Source of the DNA: Bdellovibrionales bacterium
GTDB lineage: Bacteria > Bdellovibrionota > Bdellovibrionia > Bdellovibrionales > UBA1609
NCBI GenBank assembly: GCA_965203785.1
Contig: OZ241911.1
Coordinates: forward strand, 23,760-87,759
Length of the DNA: 64,000 nt
Reading direction: 5' to 3'
The position numbers were made by a program, and so were the translations under genes. The notes beneath the pieces were generated by a model. That model worked only from the letters and a program-made list of their open reading frames with translations. It was not told where the DNA came from and searched no databases. This document shows, one piece after another, positions 8,673 to 17,125 of the stretch; the stretch's first letter is position 1, and every line of letters starts with the position of its first letter.

Positions 8673-9271
8673 TAGGAGGTCAGTTCGCCAGAAACTATTC
8701 CACAGCTACGAATATTGAGATTCTGTTTTTTAAAAGAACCATTTTGTTTGTTGTTAAGAGAAAAATTTTGAGAAATATCGTTATAAGCTACAGATATTTT
8801 TCGTTTATTTTTTTTATATTTTCTATTAAAATTGCTCAATAGTTCTACTGGTGTACTAACTAAACAAGACTCTAAAAAAGCAATATCCTTAAATTTTTCA
8901 CATACTTTTCTGGCTTCATTTACTGGATACCACTTGTCCAAAGAAAAACTCCATGCTTTAAATATCCAATATCGCTTTTTAGATTTTAAATTCTCCGCTT
9001 TTGTTTTTTTTAAAATTAGGTTCTCTTGGCTTAGAGTTAAAGGCCAATTCTTAAAAAATAACATTATTCCATTTGATTGAATGTTATCTTTATCAAACTC
9101 TGGTACATTTTCCATATCGTCTGGTTTTGGTGACTTCTTATCAAGATCTGATTGCACTTCCCTTTTGGAAATGGACTTAACTAATTGTTTTACTCCTAAT
9201 GTTGGGTAAATAATAAGAAACCCTACAGATACAAAAACGACACACAGTAAAAGTGTATATTTTCTGGGCAT
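8624..9271 (-). CDS. hypothetical membrane-anchored/secreted protein
   Basis: ATG preceded by AAAGGAGG. N-terminal hydrophobic helix KYTLLLCVVFVSVGFLIIY. The 3' end runs into the Rpn remnant, so the C-terminus may be chimeric. Confidence 0.45.
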   Translation of the reverse strand: MPRKYTLLLCVVFVSVGFLIIYPTLGVKQLVKSISKREVQSDLDKKSPKPDDMENVPEFDKDNIQSNGIMLFFKNWPLTLSQENLILKKTKAENLKSKKRYWIFKAWSFSLDKWYPVNEARKVCEKFKDIAFLESCLVSTPVELLSNFNRKYKKNKRKISVAYNDISQNFSLNNKQNGSFKKQNLNIRSCGIVSGELTSYYLRPENNPSCFKLSW

Positions 9272-9304
9272 AACCCCTCCTTTTGCTAACATTTAGTTTT
9301 TATA

Positions 9305-9415
9305 GTAAACTTTCATTTTATAACAAAAGTCAATTGCTTGTGAAAATACACTATTACTAAAATTAAAAAAGAGATACTCATTGCACTTATTAAAAAATTT
9401 TTTACCCAAAATAAA
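9305..9415 (-). pseudogene. remnant homologous to the 5' half of the 18002..18241 gene
   Basis: About 80 percent nucleotide identity by eye to 18122-18232. No start codon and a premature stop. Confidence 0.5.
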
Positions 9416-9491
9416 AAAAATGAAATAAGCATTAGACTATCCATTAAGAAATAAACCTAAAATATAATCGACCATACAGATTCTTTAGATT

Positions 9492-10142
9492 CTAAGAAAA
9501 ATCTTTGGGTTTAAAATTGGCTTTGTTAGTAATACGAGAACTATTACCTGTAGCTTTTATCACAAACAACCCTTTTTTTTCAGCATACTTATCCGCACCT
9601 TGCTGTACCCGTAAATACGCTATAGCACCATATACTACTTTGTCTCTATATTCCCTAAAATAACGAGTGAAATCTCGTAATACATCTAAAAAATGATCTA
9701 CATCTTTTTTGTTGCAATCACTTTTAACTTCTAAAGCTACAACCTCTTTACCATTACGAGCTAAAATGTCGATCTCACATTCTTTATCTTCTTCTTGAGC
9801 CTTAGTGGCTTTAATCACTCCCTTTACTCTACTTGCTGTACCATCAATTTTAATACCTTTTTCTGCTAACTTTTTTAATAGATCACCTTCTACTAAACTT
9901 TCTACTAACTTATCCCAATTATTGCTGAAAGTACCAAAAACTTTGTCTATTTTTTTGTCAGTTTCTTTCATTTGACGGTCAGTTTCTTTCATTTGACGGT
10001 CAGTTTCTTTCATTTGACGGTCAGTTTCTTTTTGGATCTCTCGTATCTCTCGCATTTCTATATCGTGTTTTTTTTGTGCAAGAGCAGTTTCTTTTAAAAT
10101 TCGTCTAATTTCTGCAAAAGTAGGTGCAAGTTGCCGATCCAT
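9492..10142 (-). CDS. coiled-coil + PD-(D/E)XK-like nuclease-fold protein (DUF3782-like), copy 2
   Basis: 216 aa, near identical to copy 1 except for three ETDRQMK repeats and a few substitutions. The flanks are duplicated too. Confidence 0.55.
   Translation of the reverse strand: MDRQLAPTFAEIRRILKETALAQKKHDIEMREIREIQKETDRQMKETDRQMKETDRQMKETDKKIDKVFGTFSNNWDKLVESLVEGDLLKKLAEKGIKIDGTASRVKGVIKATKAQEEDKECEIDILARNGKEVVALEVKSDCNKKDVDHFLDVLRDFTRYFREYRDKVVYGAIAYLRVQQGADKYAEKKGLFVIKATGNSSRITNKANFKPKDFS
9958..10020. repeat. 21-bp tandem repeat x3 inside copy 2 (encodes ETDRQMK x3)
   Basis: TCAGTTTCTTTCATTTGACGG is repeated three times, followed by a partial fourth unit. Copy 1 carries a single diverged unit. 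Confidence 0.95.
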
Positions 10143-10221
10143 TATATTCTCCTTTTTAGGATTATCTAAGTTTAGATGATATAATTTTTTGATTAAAAAA
10201 GCAAGTGCAAAAATCAGCTAC

Positions 10222-10311
10222 TAAATCTTCAGTTTTCTGTTCAACTTAAAAGCTCTAAACAACCAGTTAAATTATTGTTTCTCTTAGAACATAAAAGCAG
10301 ACAAGATTCTT
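10222..10311 (+). pseudogene. Rpn-family gene remnant (internal fragment)
   Basis: Matches the reverse complement of 3575-3665 (DLQFSVQLKS..KLLFLLEHKSRQDS region) at high identity. Confidence 0.8.
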
Positions 10312-10485
10312 AAACACTACAAAGCAAAACAGTCTAAAAAGTAAGAAATATCATTATCTAACGAATAATCATCTCTAAAAAAAGCATAATAAATCAAAGA
10401 TGATTTTCTGAATCCTAAAACTTCGTAGAAATGATATATAAAAAGTAAATAGAATTAATCATAAGAAGCATATAATGTAAAAAAA

Positions 10486-11124
10486 TTAACAGTCTTTACA
10501 AAATTTATCAGCAGAAGGTAAACCTTTTCCACTAAAATTTGTACCTGCGAAAATAACTTCAATTTTTTGAGAGAATGGATTCCCATCAATAGGATAATTT
10601 TTATTCATATACCAATTTTTATCATTAAATAAGTAAGTTAAATAATAATATTCTCCTTCTTTTATTGGAATATTATTATTTTGAGAACAAATTTTTATAA
10701 CCTGAACACAAAAGTAAGGAAAATCACCTGTTCTACTAAAAGGATAAGCCATTTTTGGCAATGCAAATTGTGTACTACTTTCTTTTATAAAAGAAACTTT
10801 GAAATTATTAGATTTTGTAGTTATCTTAGAATTTTCTGTTGTTTGAAATTTGTAACTGCCTTCATAAAAAATCTTGTGAATGTCACTTTTAAAGTATTTT
10901 TTATCCTCTTCAGTTAAAGATTGAAAAAAACTCATCAATCTATTTTTTTCAGTCTCAAACTTAATTTGATTTTGAATATCTGATATTTTTTGAACTTCAG
11001 AAGAAAGCTTATCAGTATTATTTTCTACTCTTTTTAAATTTTTATCTGATTGTTTTTGCAGATAAAGTACAATAATAGCTACAATAACAGCAAACACAGA
11101 AGCTATTAACGATAACCATTCCAT
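10486..11124 (-). CDS. hypothetical N-terminally membrane-anchored protein
   Basis: 212 aa. TM helix LSLIASVFAVIVAIIVLYL, then a coiled coil. The start abuts the stop of the upstream gene (0-nt gap). Confidence 0.5.
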   Translation of the reverse strand: MEWLSLIASVFAVIVAIIVLYLQKQSDKNLKRVENNTDKLSSEVQKISDIQNQIKFETEKNRLMSFFQSLTEEDKKYFKSDIHKIFYEGSYKFQTTENSKITTKSNNFKVSFIKESSTQFALPKMAYPFSRTGDFPYFCVQVIKICSQNNNIPIKEGEYYYLTYLFNDKNWYMNKNYPIDGNPFSQKIEVIFAGTNFSGKGLPSADKFCKDC

Positions 11125-12615
11125 TTAGATTTTTATACCAAAATCAAATTGATATTTTGTAATAATTTCATCAAATTTAGAATTATATGATAAATAACCA
11201 AACCTTCGTAAATTACTGTCTGTAGTATCATATAGTATGTCTAAAAGTGGCATAAACTGTCCTACTAATCCAATTCTCACTAAACCAAGATGCAAGCTCA
11301 AAGGTGGTAAATTTTCCCAAAGACTCAATCTGATTTGACCTAGCTGATCTGGGTTTTCTAGTAAACGCTCTAATTCATTATGAATATAATCTGTTAATTT
11401 AATAAACCTAACTCCTAAAGATAATTGAATGGAAGTGTTTTGAAAAACACTACTAAGAGGATCTATATTCTTTAATCCTATTTGATATAATTGATTGGGG
11501 GATGCTCTTAATTCATTATGTGTAGCTACAACCAAAGAATGAGGTATTATCTGATAGTTATTTATTTCTTTAAATGAGCTATAACTCGGAGGTTCAAGAT
11601 GAAGTACGGCATAATGATTTTTTTGTTCTATTATCTTAAACCGTGCATTTGGTCCAATATTGTCATCATGTATATATAATATTTGATTTAATGAATCTTC
11701 TAAAGTAATAGTCTTCGAAGATAATGAGTCAGATAAATTAGAATTTCTAAAACCTACTGCACACACAGCATGACCACCTCCTACACTATTATTATCAATT
11801 TTAAGCTCACCTAAAATTAGCACAGGATAACCTGAACGAATATAAGAAGCAATAGCATTCATTAAACGAGCTTTCGTAAAATATGCTAGTTGATGACTTC
11901 TAATATCACCATCTTGAACCATAGGAGAAAGTCCTAATTCTTTTATAGCTTCACATAATTGAAACTTATTTAAACCTTTTGACGGAAACGGTCTTGATCC
12001 AAAAGAAGTAGTGATATTAGCAGATTTAGTAATTTCTGCTGTTGTAGGTATGGCATGAAAATCATCAAATGCAGAGGATTGAAGAGCCGACCATAAAGCA
12101 ATAGTTGCACAAGCCCCTACCCCTGTATCTTGTTGTTGCCAAGCTAACCCTTCAACATTTAATTCAACACCTGCAACATGACATGTGTATTTTCTTTTGA
12201 CTATTACACGATGACTGTATGTCTCTTTATTGCTATACCATTTAAGAACAGTTTTTCCTAAACAAGTTTGTATAGGTCTTAACACACAAAAACCAAGATA
12301 ATGATTGTTTAAATTTTTTATAGCTGATTTATCACCACCAGTAGCTTTTTTAAAAAACTCTTTACACTGATTAGAAAAAAAATGAAGTCTCTGACATGTA
12401 TTTTTATACCCATATACACTTGTAGAATAAAAAGCTGAAAATTCAGATAAATAATCTCTATCAAAATAGTTAGGTTCTATTAATATTGTTTTTACATTTA
12501 AACCTTTTAAATAACCAACTAAATATTTTACTTGCTGTAATTGACATTTATTCTCAATTAAAGGATTTTTTTTGGATTCAAAATTTAAAAATTCTAATGG
12601 CTGTGGCAAATGCAT
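11125..12615 (-). CDS. two-domain protein: unknown N-terminal domain + papain-like (C39-like) cysteine peptidase domain
   Basis: 496 aa. Putative oxyanion/catalytic region WQQQDTGVGACATIALWSALQ, His region GGGHAVCAVGF, then HDDNIGPN. N-terminal motif EPNYFDRDYLSEFSAFY..CQRLHFF..YLGFCVLRP is unassigned. Confidence 0.5.
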   Translation of the reverse strand: MHLPQPLEFLNFESKKNPLIENKCQLQQVKYLVGYLKGLNVKTILIEPNYFDRDYLSEFSAFYSTSVYGYKNTCQRLHFFSNQCKEFFKKATGGDKSAIKNLNNHYLGFCVLRPIQTCLGKTVLKWYSNKETYSHRVIVKRKYTCHVAGVELNVEGLAWQQQDTGVGACATIALWSALQSSAFDDFHAIPTTAEITKSANITTSFGSRPFPSKGLNKFQLCEAIKELGLSPMVQDGDIRSHQLAYFTKARLMNAIASYIRSGYPVLILGELKIDNNSVGGGHAVCAVGFRNSNLSDSLSSKTITLEDSLNQILYIHDDNIGPNARFKIIEQKNHYAVLHLEPPSYSSFKEINNYQIIPHSLVVATHNELRASPNQLYQIGLKNIDPLSSVFQNTSIQLSLGVRFIKLTDYIHNELERLLENPDQLGQIRLSLWENLPPLSLHLGLVRIGLVGQFMPLLDILYDTTDSNLRRFGYLSYNSKFDEIITKYQFDFGIKI

Positions 12616-12647
12616 TGAGTTGATTTTCTTTCAATACAAAGAACTTA

Positions 12648-12875
12648 TTAAGATTCAAACATTTTGATTAATTTTTCTATTTCAGGAGTTGGTTTGCTGA
12701 AATCTATATTATCATTTTTTGGATCTTTGATTATTTTATTTATTTGCTCTTCTTGCTCTTTTGTAAAAGGAGACTTATTAATATCTTGGATAGTTGCTGT
12801 CCATAAAGAAGTGTTTTGATTTTGTGATTGATCTGAATTTTTTATATCTTTGTTTTTTATACCCTTATTTTTCAT
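12648..12875 (-). CDS. small hydrophilic hypothetical protein
   Basis: 75 aa, Lys/Asn/Gln-rich. First gene of the minus-strand cassette. Confidence 0.4.
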   Translation of the reverse strand: MKNKGIKNKDIKNSDQSQNQNTSLWTATIQDINKSPFTKEQEEQINKIIKDPKNDNIDFSKPTPEIEKLIKMFES

Positions 12876-12986
12876 AATCCCTCTTTCTTAGATTTTATGT
12901 AGAATATTATAATTCATATTCATGCAGGAGGCAAACAAATTTAGATGGATCGGCATTCTGCACCACTAAATAGCAAGCATAACGAC

Positions 12987-13100
12987 TTAGCCAATAGTAA
13001 TCTGGGATATGATGCCCCACTCCGAGATCAATTCAAACCATTTTTCCCAATCGGGAAAAATGGGCAGAAATGCGTTTTTTCAGAATTTGCATAAATTTTT
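12987..13100 (+). repeat. intergenic element A, copy 2
   Basis: Aligns with 4371-4490. Stem CCATTTTTCCC aatc GGGAAAAATGG is retained with a different loop. Followed by GCAGAAATGCGTTTTTT. Confidence 0.85.
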
Positions 13101-13172
13101 ATTATTATTTCAAATAAATTATTACTTTTAAGTTATTATTATTTAATGATCTCAAAATAAGGAGATGTGTTT

Positions 13173-13280
13173 ATGAAAAAAAGATATGGAATTACAAGCG
13201 ATTTAAAAAGACGAGAAAAAGAATTACAAAACGAATTTTATGGAATGAAAAACTTTACGAAATACTTTACGATCTACTAA
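13173..13280 (+). CDS. possible 35-aa basic peptide
   Basis: ATG preceded by AAGGAG. MKKRYGITSDLKRREKELQNEFYGMKNFTKYFTIY. Below the track threshold, with no homology evidence. Confidence 0.25.
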   Translation: MKKRYGITSDLKRREKELQNEFYGMKNFTKYFTIY

Positions 13281-13331
13281 TATATCTAATGATTGTAAGC
13301 TATTTGATTTTTACGATTATACTAAATTTTC

Positions 13332-14090
13332 TTAATAAAATTTTTTATTGTATTTCTTTTGCAATAAGAAATTAGATATTATTTTAGCTATATCTAAATG
13401 ACATTTTTTATATTTTAATCCACTACCACATGGACAGAGCTTGTTTCTCCCAATTTTTTCGTTTTTATAAATAACATTTTCTAATTTAGAATAGCAAATA
13501 TATTCAGAGATCAAATGATTATCTTTATAAATAACTTTATGAATAAAATCAGTAGCTTCTTCTGGAAATGTTTTTAAATAAATTTGTAAATATTTAAAGT
13601 ATTTTTTGTTGTTTGTAATTTCTTCAATAAGTCCTATATTACCATGGTCTAATGATCCAAATGGAAATTTATTTTTTATTTCAAAATAACTTATACCGTA
13701 TAAAAAAGGTATTATTAACTCTTGAATAAAGTCTATTCCAGAGAATAAATTATTCTTTGATTTATTGGCGTATTCAAAAGCTTTAAAACGAGAACATAAA
13801 CATAAACCTTTATTCATATTGCCATAATTTACATGTAAATTTTTTAGATCTATTTTCTTATCTTTAGATATTGTTTCAATTCTCCCGTTTATTTCTTTTA
13901 CTAAAGGAAGAGGTTGTTGGTTTTTAAAATCAATTTCTAATTTGTATTTATCCTTAATTTTATAACCTTGATACCCACATTCAAATTCAAGAAAGCCAGT
14001 TAAAACTTTATTTATTGGTTCATAAATTAACTGATATTGTGTTTCTCTGAGTAATAAGATATCTTTTTCTGTGAGATAGAAAAAAGACAT
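13332..14090 (-). CDS. E2/UBC-like (inferred) protein with C-terminal SEC-C zinc motif
   Basis: 252 aa. KYKLEIDFKNQQPLPLVKEI ... LHVNYGNMNKGLCLC resembles the E2 beta-meander plus the HPN...C active-site pattern. C-terminal KLCPCGSGLKYKKCH is a SEC-C motif. The start abuts the upstream stop. Confidence 0.5.
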   Translation of the reverse strand: MSFFYLTEKDILLLRETQYQLIYEPINKVLTGFLEFECGYQGYKIKDKYKLEIDFKNQQPLPLVKEINGRIETISKDKKIDLKNLHVNYGNMNKGLCLCSRFKAFEYANKSKNNLFSGIDFIQELIIPFLYGISYFEIKNKFPFGSLDHGNIGLIEEITNNKKYFKYLQIYLKTFPEEATDFIHKVIYKDNHLISEYICYSKLENVIYKNEKIGRNKLCPCGSGLKYKKCHLDIAKIISNFLLQKKYNKKFY

Positions 14091-14567
14091 CTATCCAACA
14101 TTCCAAGGTTTAGAAGGGTGATTAATTTGTTCAGGTTCTTTTTTTACTCCTTTATAGATAGTAATTGTAGTACATTCCTCAATAGCTGTTTTAATAGCAT
14201 CAAATGTAAAAGACATAGACCACTTTGCACCAGCATTAAAGAGTTCATCTAGGGTTTTATAATGTTTTTCTATTTTAACACTTACTATTTTTTTATCTAA
14301 CTCCTTCGCTTTGTCTATTTCCCATTTTACCCAATCGCTTTTATGAGTGTTTTCACCTACTAAGCATAAAAAAACATCGGCTTGACTTATTTTAGCAGAA
14401 ATAGCTCTTTTAATAACTCCCGCATCGTGGCTATTGATAGATACATCAGCAGATTTGTCTTTAATATTAAAATCAAAGATTTTATTTTTATCCCATGCAA
14501 GCAACATATTTTTATGATTCCTATCATTATCATAGTCATAGCTTATAAAAATTGTTTTTTTAGTCAT
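14091..14567 (-). CDS. TIR-like domain protein (DUF1863/ThsB-like)
   Basis: 158 aa. IFISYDYDND start, VFLCLVGENTHKSDWVKWEIDKA with conserved WE. The protein ends in ...PWNVG (C-terminal Gly). Confidence 0.7.
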   Translation of the reverse strand: MTKKTIFISYDYDNDRNHKNMLLAWDKNKIFDFNIKDKSADVSINSHDAGVIKRAISAKISQADVFLCLVGENTHKSDWVKWEIDKAKELDKKIVSVKIEKHYKTLDELFNAGAKWSMSFTFDAIKTAIEECTTITIYKGVKKEPEQINHPSKPWNVG

Positions 14568-14578
14568 ACTGACCTCCT

Positions 14579-14986
14579 TTATTTATTTGATAAATATTTT
14601 TGTTTCCAAATTGAACGTTCTTTAATTATTATATTTTCAATATGTTTTACTAATGTTTCAAATGAGTTATCTGAGTTATATGGATATACTTTTGTAATAT
14701 ATAAGTACTTTTCGTATTTTAAATTTTCACTTGTTGTTCTATAAAGAATCCAATTTTCTTGAAACTTTAATAAAGCTATTAACCCTACTATCACTACAAC
14801 AATAGCACTAAAAAATGGTACCCAATCTTTAACAGCTGGGCAATAAAAAAACACAGGAATAAGACCTGCTACTATTATCTCTAATATTCTTAAGCTATAA
14901 AAGCATTTTTTATAGTAAGTGCTTTTTTTTGAGTACCAGTTTATTTGGTCGTCTAATCTTTCTTTTATATATTCTGCTGAATTCAT
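14579..14986 (-). CDS. SLATT-domain (DUF4231-like) two-TM effector protein
   Basis: 135 aa. RLDDQINWYSKKSTYYKK, two TM helices, then FQENWILYRTTSENLKYEKYLY, typical of SLATT/DUF4231. Confidence 0.7.
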   Translation of the reverse strand: MNSAEYIKERLDDQINWYSKKSTYYKKCFYSLRILEIIVAGLIPVFFYCPAVKDWVPFFSAIVVVIVGLIALLKFQENWILYRTTSENLKYEKYLYITKVYPYNSDNSFETLVKHIENIIIKERSIWKQKYLSNK

Positions 14987-15249
14987 AGGTGTTAATATGG
15001 AGTTAAAAATGATATTGTCAAGTAATAGAATAAATTTTCAAATTTTTTAATTATATTATATAAATTTCTCCAAAAAATTATTATTAGAGAAAAATTAAAG
15101 ATTTTGCACATAAAAAATATCTTCATATCACATGGTTAGCTCTTTCTTTAAGTCTATTTTTTAAATTACCTTATCAAGAGTATCATCTTGAGACACTAAT
15201 CTTAATATGAAAAATAATGATTAGCTTACTGTTTGATTTTTTAAATCAC

Positions 15250-15390
15250 TCATTGATTCTTTTTTTTAAAAAAAGAGAGAATATTTAAAACATATTCCTT
15301 AATATTATTTGCTGATGGGTATTTCTTTTTCTGTTTTTTATATTGTTTGATAAAAAAACCACCATCAATGATAAATGCTAATTTGTCCAT
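15250..15390 (-). pseudogene. possible N-terminal fragment of a NYN-like nuclease gene
   Basis: The 46-aa ORF MDKLAFIIDGGFFIKQYKK... resembles NYN-domain N-termini and stops early. Weak evidence. Confidence 0.2.
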
Positions 15391-15413
15391 AATGTTATTT
15401 TTATATAAAAAAA

Positions 15414-15581
15414 ATGGCCTGCGTGTCCAACTTCAACCAAAATTAAGTTAAAGAATAAGGAACGCGAGGCCTGGTATTTATAATACATTTATATAATAAA
15501 AAAATAATAGAGAGTCAAGTTTATTAATATCATTTTTTTACCAATTACCAAAAGAAGGAAAATAATTATATCAACAAAAAT
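15414..15581 (+). repeat. repeat B copy 2
   Basis: Near identical to 8185-8352. It carries a compensatory pair change in the hairpin base (GGCC...GGCC versus GACC...GGTC). Confidence 0.85.
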
Positions 15582-15679
15582 TTAAAACAAAAAAATCTAA
15601 AAAATAAAAATAATATAAGTTAAATAGATTTATTTTATTCTTTAGAACAACCAACCACTAGAAAATTATTCTAATTTTA

Positions 15680-16027
15680 TTAATAAGTTTTTCTTTTTCT
15701 AAAAGAAATTTTTTTTAATATTCTTCGTAAATTCCAATATAAACCAAATGGATACCCCCAAGTAAATAATTTAATATATTTTAAATCATTATCTAAAAAA
15801 TTTATATATAATCCTCTTTTTGGTTCATTAAATGTACTACTATCTTTATCAGTTTCTCTAATTTCAATATTTTGAAAATCTCGTGCTAGTTTAATTTCAT
15901 AACTTTTTTCTAAAGAATCTATATAAACTCTATATATAGTTTTAAAAAATAATTTTATGAGAGTATCATATTTACAGTTTTTTTTTTGTTTTCCAATATT
16001 CTGGCAAAGTAAATACATTAAACCCAT
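15680..16027 (-). CDS. hypothetical protein (last gene of four-gene cassette)
   Basis: 115-aa ORF overlapping the upstream gene. The true start may be internal. No motif recognised. Confidence 0.4.
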   Translation of the reverse strand: MGLMYLLCQNIGKQKKNCKYDTLIKLFFKTIYRVYIDSLEKSYEIKLARDFQNIEIRETDKDSSTFNEPKRGLYINFLDNDLKYIKLFTWGYPFGLYWNLRRILKKISFRKRKTY

Positions 16028-16430
16028 AAGATTTATATTTAGAATCTATAAACCACCAGCTAATCAATCGACAGATAAGTAAAGGAATAATCTTAAGTGT
16101 GATAATAATCAAAAGTAAGTACCTAATTTGTAGTATTTTAAATTGCCACTTACTTCTGTTGATAGATTCTTGTAGTAATTCTTCTTTACTTCGTCGCTCT
16201 TTATCAAAGTTATGATGTTGTTTTTTATCAATAAAATATACAAATACAAATACACTCATTATTCCAATTATAAAACATAGTTCTATCCAGTTTTTAAATG
16301 AAGAAAGTTCTGGAAACCAATCCAACACTATTGAACTAAAATTAGAAGCTGAACCAATAACTACTAAAAATAATGTGATAAAAATCCATGTAGGTCTTTG
16401 TTGGAAATCTTTTTTTAATGATGAACTCAT
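15972..16430 (-). CDS. hypothetical multi-pass membrane protein
   Basis: 152 aa with three hydrophobic helices. ATGA overlap with the upstream gene. Confidence 0.5.
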   Translation of the reverse strand: MSSSLKKDFQQRPTWIFITLFLVVIGSASNFSSIVLDWFPELSSFKNWIELCFIIGIMSVFVFVYFIDKKQHHNFDKERRSKEELLQESINRSKWQFKILQIRYLLLIIITLKIIPLLICRLISWWFIDSKYKSYGFNVFTLPEYWKTKKKL

Positions 16431-17125
16431 GATGATTTATTTGAATGATCTAATTCAAAATATTGAAAAACTTTTTTGTTGAATTTTCCAAAAGTAATAA
16501 TTTCAGATCTGGGAATAATCACTTCCATATCAATAAGAGCAAATTTATCTGCATATTCTGGATAGTATGTATTCCATTTTACTTCTTGTGTTGAGCTATC
16601 CCTATAACCACTTTTAAATGGCACAATAGAAATTGTTTGAGATTCATGTCTTGATTTAGGATTTTCAGGATATTTCCATAATAAACCGTGGTAAATTTTT
16701 CTATTTTTAAGGTTTATTAAAATTTCTTTGTTTTCCCATTCAACACATTGATTATAAAAATTATCATAAATAGGTGGAAACACGCGTTTGGAAATACATT
16801 TAAATTGAGTGAAGAATAACCATATAAAAGAGAAAATAACAGAAACTCCTAATATGTGTGCTTTTAATATGAGTTTTGATTCCGTATTAAATATTCTGCT
16901 AATAACTCCATTTTTATTAAAAATCAATCCTATATCTTTAAATGTAAATCCAAATTCTTTAAATAAAAGTTCAGCTGGAAACCAAGTAATAGATGCTATA
17001 AATACTAAAGAAAAAACATACGACCAACCTGATAAATTAATAGCATGTTCAGGTTTTTTTTTATTGTAAAGAAAAATAAAAATAAATCCTGGTAACACCC
17101 AAAGAATTTGATGAAGGTTTAGCAT
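16427..17125 (-). CDS. hypothetical membrane protein with soluble C-terminal domain
   Basis: 232 aa. The N-terminal half has about four TM helices and the C-terminal ~110 aa are hydrophilic. TAATG overlap with the upstream gene. Confidence 0.5.
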   Translation of the reverse strand: MLNLHQILWVLPGFIFIFLYNKKKPEHAINLSGWSYVFSLVFIASITWFPAELLFKEFGFTFKDIGLIFNKNGVISRIFNTESKLILKAHILGVSVIFSFIWLFFTQFKCISKRVFPPIYDNFYNQCVEWENKEILINLKNRKIYHGLLWKYPENPKSRHESQTISIVPFKSGYRDSSTQEVKWNTYYPEYADKFALIDMEVIIPRSEIITFGKFNKKVFQYFELDHSNKSS

